Shown here: piece by piece, positions 51,078 through 60,144 of the stretch
Layout: each line of letters begins with the position of its first letter
Position numbering within the stretch: the first letter of the stretch is position 1
From: Glycera tridactyla
Lineage: Eukaryota
Length of the DNA stretch: 64,000 bases
Reading direction: 5' to 3'
NCBI GenBank assembly: GCA_965644265.1
Contig: OZ286474.1
Coordinates: forward strand, 42,904,001-42,968,000
Notes under the pieces: generated by a model
Database searches by the model: none
What the model saw: the letters and a program-made list of their open reading frames with translations, nothing else
What the model was told of the DNA's origin: nothing
Made by a program: the position numbers and the translations under genes

Positions 51078-51096
51078 CATCTTCATTCGCCATTTA
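51078..51096 (-). promoter_or_regulatory. Primer-binding site, resembling the complement of the tRNA-Ser(GCU) 3' end
   Basis: Minus strand TGGCGAATGAAGATGGGA versus the recalled canonical TGGCGACGAGGATGGGA; 4 nt from the 5' LTR. Confidence 0.6.
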
Positions 51097-52359
51097 TGTC
51101 ATGTTCTGTGCTTGCAGAATGTAAGAATGTGAGAGGAAGCATGACACAACTCCAGTCTCCTGTTCCACCATATTGTATTGTCTTACTAAAAGCGCCACCT
51201 CCTGGACTATCATACAATCGCATCATCGCTACCATGAACGACAAATGTATCAAAAGTCAAGATCACCACACAATATATGACAGTCTTGATTAGCTTTTGC
51301 TTCAACCATGGCCTTATCGCAATACCAAGGTCAATGACCTGATTGGCTGACGGATCCTAATCGCGGATCCCATCATAAATTTCCCATTCAATGGGGGATA
51401 ACCCTCCATCCCATGTCATGCGGGCTTTTCGATTTTGTGTGTGAATGTGGTGTGAAAGTTTTTTGGGGATTGGGGATATGCATCTGTGAGTGAAAGAGAG
51501 AGAGTGAATGGTTTGTGTATTTTAACTTTGATTTATTTATTTTCCGATTTTGTTGTTGAATATGTAGCTATCAGTTAGTACATTTGTAATATACGAGTTA
51601 GAATAAAGTTTTTTGAATTTGAATTTGAATTTATTAACTTCCAGTGTAGAGTGCTCTTGACTTACTATTCGAAGCCTTCTTGTATCATGACATGTGAACA
51701 TGTTAATCTCATTACAATCTATTACGATAAGCAGCTATGAAGGAGTCTCGTCAGACTAAAAGCGCTTGTCAGATTTTGAAGGCTTTTTATACATATATGG
51801 AACCAATGCTCATCCTGTCCAATAGCAACTATTTTTTTTATTAGATCTTGCTACATGTAAGAACCTAGTGAACTACAGTAAAAACCTGGTATTTGAAAAT
51901 TTAATTGCTTTTTTAGGACATTTTGGGGACTGTCCCTTGAAGCAGATTCCACTGTATTGTTTCATCACCTACCTAATACTCGATGTGGAGGTTATTTCAC
52001 CAGGATATCCTATCAAAACACCTTCAAAAATCCACTCACAATAGCCTGCTAACTGAATTTTCAATCAGTCGTCTATCCACACAGTGAAAGTTTCCAGAGG
52101 TGAACAAAAAAAACCACAAAGAATAGTTGTATTCAAGAACTTTTCGTTGATATTTGATATAGGCGAACGCTACATTCTACATTCGCCTATATAGATTGTA
52201 ACTACTGAAATTATTTATCAAACAAGGCATGAATGCACAAAAGGCTCGCAAGCACGTCGCTTGTCGAAAGAGGACACACCTATGTGTGTGTGTGTTTGTT
52301 CATGTGTGTGCATGTGTGTGCATGCACATATTTACATGCAGGTACATTCAAAAACGCAT

Positions 52360-53430
52360 TACCCCCCCCCCACCCCACATGCACGAACCCCATACACACA
52401 CCCGGACCCCTCCACCCCCCCCCCCCACATCCTGGCTCTGACCCTACCCCTAGACCCACTGCCTATCCCCCACCCCAACACACCCACCCCCACACACATG
52501 TTCACACCAAAACTAACTGCCCCATCCCCACTACCCACCCCCTACCCCAACCACATACACATACCCCCCCCCCCACCACCACCATCACCACACAGATGCA
52601 AACACGCCCGAAATCCTTAACCATCCCCCACACACCCCAGCCTCTACCTCCCACACACACATGCACACACACCCACACTCCTTCCCCCAGCCCCCGGCCA
52701 CCCCCCTACCACCTACCACCCACCCATCCCCCACCCCCCTCCACACACACATACTCCACCACCCCTACACACCTCCACCCCTACCTCCACCATCCCTACC
52801 AACCTCACCCCAACATGCACCCCCCCCCCACCCATGCACCATCACCCAAACTCCTCCACCCCATCCCCATCCCCATCCCCTACCCCCACCCATGCACACA
52901 CACCCGAACTTCTAGCCCCCCCCCCCCCACACACACACATGCACACTTCTCCATCCCCCGGCCTCACCCTCTAAACCTTATACCCACTACCCACCCCCTA
53001 CCACCCCCACAGATGCAAACACCCTCCTCAACTATCCCCCATATCCCACGGACCCCTGCCTCCACCTCCCACCCACCCACCCACATGCACTCCTCCATCC
53101 CCTTCCCCAAGCCACACCCCTTATCCCCACAACCCACCAATCCCCTACCCCTACACCCACCAAAACTCCTTCACCCCTACAACCCCCCCCCCCCCACATG
53201 CACACACACCAAAACTCCATCCCCGCCCGGCCCCACCCCCAACCCACACACACATATGTGCAGACAACCCCTCCATCCCCCATCCCTGGCCCCACCTCCT
53301 ACCCCCACCCATCCAGCCACCCATGCACAAACCCAAACTCCTCCACCCACCCCCACACCCCCTACCAGCCCCCCCCCCCACACACACACATGTGCACACA
53401 CACAGACACCTAAACTCCACCACCCCCATA
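52360..53430. repeat. ~1.1-kb C/A-rich low-complexity tract (G/T-rich on the minus strand)
   Basis: Degenerate cccca/cacac runs with almost no G on the + strand. Confidence 0.9.
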
Positions 53431-53504
53431 CACCCGGCTGTTTGTGTAGTTAGGGTGTTGGGGGGAATATATTCATAGCTTGGTAAACAAAGGGAGGAGT
53501 AGAG

Positions 53505-53986
53505 AAACCAACACAGCCCTAATGAGATATTACATAATGCAAGACAAGAACAACAGAAGCATGTGAGTTACCGGGAGAGCCTAGCCCAACAATGAGAGGA
53601 CAGTCGGAAAAATGGTGTACATTCACCTGTGGTCTTATGCAATGCAGACAGAGTGAATGGGTTCAGGTCTCTCAAAAAATTCCAAACTCACAAATAAAAA
53701 AGTCTTCTTTTCCCTCAGAATTGCCCGATAATATGGGATGGATTATGAAAAAGAATGCACCCATGTTGTTGTGCAACTACTGATGCATATGTATATCAAA
53801 TTTGAAGAATGTAGGTGCAATATTGACTGAGTGAGGCTTCAAATAAAAACTTGTACGCAAAACCTAAAAGTTTATGTGATACAAAGTGATGACCGGACAG
53901 ACGGACAGGCGAACAGACGCAACCAAACGGACAAACCACCCGCAGCATTACATAGACTCGCATTTTGCTTCGCATGCGAGCCAAAT
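53505..53986 (+). mobile_element. Helentron/HINE-like non-autonomous element (copy 1)
   Basis: Body similar to 54431-54760, then a (GACA/GACG)n microsatellite and a subterminal hairpin ctcgcat-N10-atgcgag, the layout known for bivalve HINE-type elements. Confidence 0.5.
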
Positions 53987-54105
53987 ATGGCTCATCAATG
54001 CACAAGAGGCCAGCAAGGATAAATAAACCATCGAAGGCACACTGGTGACCACACATTTTATTGATGAGTGAACAATAATATGCTCCGCAGCCCATCTGCT
54101 ATTAG

Positions 54106-54433
54106 GTTTCTTTGTTTGTTTGTTTGTTTGAGTTTAACGTCACTTAAACCTGCTTGGGTTATATCGGACTGAAAAAACTGAAAATGCTGAGAAGAGTCAC
54201 CGCCGCCGGGGGCCGTCCCTGCTCTTTGCCAAGACAGCGGTGGTTCTTTTACATGCGTACAGGAAGAGACTCTTATAAACACGGCCGGCCTTTGATATCC
54301 CAGTCGGTATGCACTGGGTTAGTATGCATACGATTCATATTCTTCCACCTACTCCATATTCATACAAATAATCAAATATGTCTGTCGGATCGACTTTCAT
54401 GAAAAGTTGTGTCATATTTTCAACAGTGTATTA
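54106..54433 (-). mobile_element. Third, short 5'-truncated copy of the I/Nimb-type LINE
   Basis: Family-B 3' UTR continues past the hairpin into gattcatat...gaaaagttgtgtcatattttcaaca (ORF2 end). Confidence 0.9.
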
Positions 54434-54852
54434 CATAACACAGGTAAGAACAACAGAAACATCGTAAGTTACGGCCAACTTATATAACAATGAAACGCAA
54501 GACAAGAAAAGTGGTGTGCATTTTCTTTGGGTCTCACACATTACACAGATTCCAAACTCACAAATTAAAAAGTCTTCTTTTCCCTTAAAATTACCCAATC
54601 ATACATGATGGAATATAAAAGATAATATGCCTATGATATTGTCCAACTATTGATGCACATGTATACCATATTTCAAGAATGTAGGTATATTATTGACTGA
54701 GTGAGGCTTCAAAGAAAAAACCTAACCAAATCTTGACCAAGACTAACCAATTTTAATGAAGCCGTCGACACCGACGACGACGATGACGACGAAGACACTG
54801 ATGGAATGGTAACACCTATGTCCCGACACTGCTAAAGCAGGCGGGACAAAAA
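54434..54852 (+). mobile_element. Helentron/HINE-like element (copy 2, related subfamily)
   Basis: Shares ttccaaactcacaaat..aaaagtcttcttttccct and gaagaatgtagg...attgactgagtgaggcttcaaa with copy 1. Ends in (GAC)n, then hairpin gtcccg..ctgc-taaa-gcag.cgggac and aaaaa. Confidence 0.5.
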
Positions 54853-55855
54853 TGGAATGTCTGTCCAGGTAAGCCACAACAGGTCAAACTAAGCCACATC
54901 AGGTTGAGAGGTAAGCNNNNNNNNNNNNNNNNNNNNNNNNNNNNNNNNNNNNNNNNNNNNNNNNNNNNNNNNNNNNNNNNNNNNNNNNNNNNNNNNNNNN
55001 NNNNNNNNNNNNNNNNNNNNNNNNNNNNNNNNNNNNNNNNNNNNNNNNNCCTTCAGTCACAATGAATGCCTGAAATCATTTCGTAACAGAATGCAAAAGG
55101 CATACACTACCACTCATCTTTTGGATCCCTGAATATATTATTGCTTATGAGCGCGATAACGAAGTTAATTCCGCTGCCTGTATTAATTTCTGTTTGTCCC
55201 TTTCACGTTAGTTAGTCATTATTTCTAACAAACTAATTATTCTATCTTCATCACATATCCTCACTCATATCTAAGCAGCCATCCCCTTCCCACACCTTTT
55301 ATCAAATATAAGCTCTTCAGGAAAACACAGTCAGGGTTATAAGCTCTGGGAAGTGAAAATGCAGCATTACATGAAGCAAGCCAACCTTGTTATTTTCCTC
55401 AACTATGAGTCCTCAACTTGAGCAGTATGGTAGCAGCCACTATATAGCCAGCCTCAGTACCTGCCTGCTGCATGAAAATAGTGGAACATTCCATTACATT
55501 CAGAACCTTTACATGACTTAAACTTCTGCCCACCTAACTGTTGATATGATAAGCTTACATTGTGCATTTTAAAGGATAAAAACTGTCAACATACAGAAGT
55601 CCTGGATATGGCAGAATATCTATGAATACTGTTTTGTCAGCCAATATTGTTTTTTGTTTGTTTGAGGTTTAACGGCATGTATCAACCCACAGGATTATTT
55701 ATGCCGTGTGTTCTTGGTTAATGAAAGCTAGATGTTCTCTCCCCTGCAGACATCACTCTCACAAATCTTGAACACAAGATGATGGGAAACCTGAAAGGTT
55801 GTCAAGTGGAAGTACCTGACAATTCAAACATACCTCTACCTAATCTGAACATATA

Positions 55856-56033
55856 CAGTCGAGCCTCCTCTAAAGACCACCTCTCTATAAAGACCACCTC
55901 CCTATAAAGACCGCCTCGAACTGCGACCGTGGTAGTATTTTCAACAGTAAATGACCTCTCTATAAAGACCACCTCCCTATATAGGCCACATTTTGATGCA
56001 ACTGAAGGCGGTCTTTATAGGGAGGTTCGACTG
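55856..56033. mobile_element. M1 MITE
   Basis: ta|cagtcgagcctcc...ggaggttcgactg|ta; 178 bp. Confidence 0.9.
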
Positions 56034-56274
56034 TATTGACTAATGAGGTAACTCGTGTAATTTTGACTGCCTTTTTGTCAAGTAGGCCAGATGGACCATT
56101 ATATTTGTTCTCCAGTCTGATGATTGGTTGGTTCTGGTTCAGCGTCATGCTCCAAATATGCTATATTGTAACGCCCATGCAATGAGCATGGTTAGGATCA
56201 TTTGTGAATCCACCCAAAGTAAGATGATGCCTCGACCATTGCCAGGATTCGCAGGAAATGTGATGAAAAAAAGG

Positions 56275-56760
56275 AGTGCCGAAAAAAACTCATCAAATGC
56301 TATGTATAAACTAATTAGGTTATGAAAACTACACAAGAAAGTATTGCAGCCAAAGGTTATTGTCTACATTAAGAAGTGCTATGCATTTGCATTAGCACAA
56401 AACAAAGGGCATGCTATTTGCTTTCAACAGAACCTGCGGGTAATTGTGGCTCATGCATATGAAGACCATTCCAAGTGTGGAAGTTTCAAATGGTGCAAAA
56501 TTGAATAGAACCAAGAAACCTACAGGCGCAGTGCACCACCAAGAGGTCAGCTACTTGAAGGTCATGGGGTGAGAAAAGATGTGGAGAGAATCTTTGAAAT
56601 TCATGCGCTCAATGCTGAAAGACTAGCATCTTTGGGTAGCACTATTGCGAGTCATTTGACAGTACCATGGACAGCAAGGCTCCAAAAATCAAGTACTTCT
56701 CCACCTGAGAGTTTGGATTTTAGGATAGCTGCTGCAGAAGCACAGAAAAATGAGATGCCT
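56275..56760 (+). pseudogene. Decayed Kolobok-type (Mutator-like domain) transposase fragment
   Basis: KVIVYIKKCYAFALAQNKG...VIVAHAYEDHSKCGSFKWC...ERLASLGS...ESLDFRIAAAEAQKNE, matching the recalled YxxKCFxYAxxQNKG / HAxGDHxxC..WC / SLxFRVAAAVxQKN motifs; contains stops. Its 3' part is duplicated at 60780-61068. Confidence 0.7.
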
Positions 56761-56825
56761 GAGTGAATATCCAATATAAATATACACAAAGAGGAGTATA
56801 CTCCAGTCAATGACACCCCGGACAT

Positions 56826-57176
56826 GTTGGTTGGTTGGTTGGTTGGTTGTGGTTTATATGGCTATATTGTGACGCCCATGCAATGGGCATGGGTGGGGCC
56901 TTCCAAGACTCCTCCTTCTGGGTCATAAACGGAAGGTGAAATGATATGAAAATCACAGACACTCAAGGTGCCATTTCAGAGACAGCACCCCGGAAAAAAT
57001 GCTGATTTTTGTTTTGTTTGTTTGTTTTGTTGGGGGTGTAACGTCACGTCAGCTCCATCTGGGCTATATTGTGACGCCCATGCAATGGGCATGGGTGGGA
57101 TCATTCAAGACTCCTCCTTCTGGGTTCCCAACAGAAGGCCAAAATTTATGAAATTCACAGACACTCAAGGTGTCAT
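56826..57176 (-). mobile_element. Two adjacent family-A retroposons (56826-56980 with a small internal deletion; 57005-57176)
   Basis: Both carry gcccatgcaatgggcatgggtggg...cacagacactcaaggtg; caccccgga flanks the first copy on both sides. Confidence 0.85.
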
Positions 57177-57184
57177 TATGGTCT

Positions 57185-57735
57185 GATATTGCATTTGATG
57201 AAAAGTCAGATGAAGCCCATCACGAAGGACCAAACCTGTTGGGTTGGTTGTCTGTGAGAATGTTTAGTTTCAGCTTGAACCGATGCATCTTGTCTACATG
57301 GGAGTGATGAAGCGTCTCCTTGGGTCTCGGAGTTGAAATCAAGCTAATGATTTGATCTCCGGTACTCCAATATCAATGCAAGCCTATATACCAGAAGAGT
57401 TCACAAGAAACCCCCGCTCTCCTGGGGTAGATTCCTGCTCTACACTGGTATGGTGGCACAAAATATCTTATGCACCATACAAGCACTTCATGTCTGCATG
57501 AAATCATCTTTCCAATCCAAATCTATCATCCCGGCTTACAGATTATGCAGAAAATCTCCTGGTTTGCTTTGACCAGCACTTTTCTCGCCTATATGCAAAT
57601 GATTCCGTTGTGTACAATGTAAACTGTTTGATTCATTTGGCTGAAGATGTCGGAAAATGTGGTCCATCTGAAACCATCCCTGATTTTCCCTTGGAGAATT
57701 ACCTTGGTGGTTTGAAGCAGTTAGTCACAGAGCCC
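57185..57735 (+). pseudogene. Decayed EnSpm/CACTA-type transposase fragment
   Basis: LEPMHLVYMGVMKRLL, YIPEEFTR, FLLYTGMVA, DYAENLL, VVYNVNCLIHLAEDVGKCGP, FPLENYLGGLKQLV; frameshifts and internal deletions. Duplicated at 61493-62043. Confidence 0.8.
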
Positions 57736-57748
57736 CCACAAGAATGTA

Positions 57749-57907
57749 CAGTCGAACCTCCTCTGAAGACTACCTCTCCATGAAGACCACCCTGAGCTGC
57801 AACCGTGGTAGTATTTTCAACAGTAAATGTTCTCTATAAAGACCACCTCCCTATAAAGGCAACTTTTTGGTGCAACCGAAGCCGGTCTTTATAGACAGGT
57901 TCCACTG
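57749..57907. mobile_element. M1 MITE (duplicated at 62057-62215)
   Basis: ta|cagtcgaacctcc...caggttccactg|ta. Confidence 0.9.
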
Positions 57908-59157
57908 TATATATGTTCTGCGTTCACAGTGAGAGCTTCACCCGACAGGCATTCATGCCCAGTACTATTTTATTAATTCTGAATTGCCAAACATCTGTGT
58001 GGGAATAGATTCCAAAATTCAGTCAGTAACATTTCGGAATGTCAGTTCGGTTGGCTGCGGTGAGGGTGGTGGTGAGGGAGGGGAAATCCATTGTGGGTGG
58101 GGAGGGAAGTTCAGGCGGTGAAGGAATCGAGGATGCCAGAGGAGAGGGTGCGGGTGGGGGTCCTTGAGACGGTAAGACGGAGGACAGGGTGGGATAGGAT
58201 GTTTAAAGACGCGCTCTGGAACAGCCGAGGGATCTTGTCTTTGTTTGTTTGTTTGTTTGTTTGAGGCTTAACGGCATGTATCAACCCACAGGATTATGTA
58301 TGCGGGGATCTTGTCAGTGGACTGGGGCAAGGACGAGTATTGGGGGAGGGGAAGAACTGGGTGGGGAAAGAATGAGCTGGGCAAAATCCTGATGGAGGTG
58401 AGGCGCGATGTCAGGAGGGATATAGTTGGAGAACGCCGAGAGGAGTCGCAAGGTAGGGGGCGTGGGGTAGGAGGTAGGGGGTGAAGCTGGAAGAGGGGGG
58501 TGCGGAAGGGGAGTGACGGTGGAAGGAAGGGGGGTTGTCGCGGTGAACAGGGAGAGGAGAGTGGGCGTAGGGGAGGAGCAGGAGGAGATGGAGATGGGAC
58601 GAAGCATGGGGGGAGCAGGAGTAGGAGTATGAGCAGAGAAGGGTCAGAGGAGGAGGGCAAAAGAGGTAGGGCTGAACAGGAAAGGGCCAAGGAGGAGCCT
58701 GGGGAGAAAGATGCGGAGGGGCAGGCAGCTGGAGAGACAGAGGAGAAGAGTGTGAGGGGGAGGGGCACGAGGATGAGGAGGCGAGGAGGGGAGAGGGACA
58801 CAAGGATGAGGAGTCGAGGGGAGTAACCCGGATTGGAGCCCAGGGGGCAGCGGAGGGGGAAAGTATAGGAGGTGCAAAAGGAGGAGGTTAGTATGGAACT
58901 TGACGAGGGGGAGGCATTATTGGGGACGGAAGACTCGGGGAATGAGGGAGGGTTGGGCAAGATGACAGAATCACAGGAGGAGACAGAGAGGCTGCTAAGC
59001 ATGGGGACCCGGTGGAGGGGAAAAATCTGGAGGCGAGGGAAGTGGAGCACATGAGGAGAGTGGGGGAGGGGGGGAAGAAACGTAAATTCTTAGTGGTAGG
59101 GGATTCGATGGTGAGGGAAGCGGACATGGGGAAGTGTCAGGATAGGGAGGAGGGGGA

Positions 59158-59334
59158 AAGGAAATGGTGTTGTTTTAGGTCCACTTTCTGCACTTGAGTA
59201 GGCTGAATCAGACCACCTGCCATGGAGGAGCGAAGATGAAGGGTGAACATTCCTGCATGGTAGGCCCGGGGATTGAACCCCGGGCCCATTGCACTGGCCC
59301 AGTACGCTACCACTAAGCCACCGAGGCAGGGCCT
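59158..59334 (-). mobile_element. tRNA-derived SINE (duplicated at 63466-63642)
   Basis: Minus strand gcctcggTGGCTTAGTGGtagcg...ggGGTTCAATCCccgg (A and B boxes); 13-bp TSD gggaggaggggga (59145-57 and 59335-47). Confidence 0.9.
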
Positions 59335-59488
59335 GGGAGGAGGGGGATTCGGGGTTGGAGATAGACTGAAGGAGAAACTGGGGGAGGGATGGGTTGTGGA
59401 CAATGTGGCCGCTGGGGAGGCAAACTTGAAGAGGCTAGCGAGGCAGGTGAGGATGGGGTTGAAGGGGGTGCCGGCGGAAGAATGGGAG

Positions 59489-60144
59489 TTTGTTTTTTTG
59501 TTTGTTTGTTTGAGTTAAACGTCACCTAAACCCGCTTGGGTTATATTGGACTGAAAAACTGAAAATGCTGAAGAGAAGAGTCACTGCCTGCCGGGGCGCC
59601 GTCCCTACTCTTTGCAAAACACAGCAGTGGATCTTTAACGTGCGTAAAGAAAAAGGCTCCTAAATACAAGGCCGGCCTTTGATATCCCAGTTGGCATGCA
59701 CTGGGTTAGCATGCACACAATTCATATTTGTCTAAATATTCCCAATTCATGCAAATAACCAAATATGTCTATTGGATCAACTTTCATGAAAAGTTGTGTC
59801 ATATTTTCTACAGTGTAATACTTTACTCTAGTTTGCGATAGTTTTCTACAGTCGAGCAATAAATGTTTGACAGTGAGATGGCATCCACATGCAAAGCAAT
59901 CAGGATTGCCTTGTTTTTTCAGAAGGTGTGAATGGGTAGAAATGTATGTCCTATCCTCAGACGGGAAAGTACTATCTCCTCTCTTCTATTCATAGTTCTC
60001 ACGGGAATCTGTCCTCAAGTTTTGGTCTGATGCAATATATAATTTATTTTGCTTTTTGGTTCCCCATTCATTCTGCCAGAGTTGGTCAATATAGAGCTTC
60101 ATTCTTGGTTTCCATCTCAGTGACTGGCAAACCTAGAGCCCTTT
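59489..60144 (-). mobile_element. Fourth 5'-truncated copy of the I/Nimb-type LINE with small internal deletions (its 3' end is duplicated from 63797)
   Basis: Family-B 3' UTR plus ORF2 end; flanked by tgggag (59483-88 and 60145-50). Confidence 0.9.

Larger units (their letters stand above)
48828..51282 (-). mobile_element. Young, internally deleted Gypsy-type LTR retrotransposon (gag plus broken protease only)
   Basis: 186-bp LTRs TGT...ACA at 48828-49013 and 51097-51282 (one mismatch seen). 5-bp TSD gtctt. PPT aagggggaga abuts the 3' LTR. PBS tggcgaatgaagatggga follows the 5' LTR. Confidence 0.95.
44646..51632 (+). mobile_element. Decayed CR1/L2-group LINE (ORF2 and 3' UTR) with three nested insertions
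   Basis: FACLNIRGL, DLNLDLL, VKEPTRTT..RTLIDHV, ADSLNVYFSNVG, YRPITVL, GFRKHHST, LFLDLRKAFDTVNH, VPRGSILGPLLF, ADDTAL. The frame resumes as WLYRNKLMLNVKK after the insert at ~48650. Tail aataaagttttttgaatttgaatttgaattt at 51603-32. Confidence 0.8.
4115..55049. other. Assembly gaps: 4115-4482, 4960-5192, 5518-6049, 24987-25577, 25586-25762, 54917-55049
   Basis: Runs of N; ORF-track entries spanning them are artefacts. Confidence 1.

Noticed and set aside
52233-53453. 406-aa Pro/His/Thr-rich ORF as an extensin- or mucin-like gene
   Set aside because: A C/A-only tract cannot easily form stop codons; overlapping frames on both strands are also open and there are no splice or domain signals.
58268-59050. 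260-aa minus-strand Pro/Ser/Leu ORF (and its duplicate at 62576-63358)
   Set aside because: Antisense shadow of the purine-rich linker of the NADAR-SGNH frame.
59158-59334. A genuine tRNA gene
   Set aside because: No complete cloverleaf; it has an unrelated 3' body and a 13-bp TSD, indicating a SINE.
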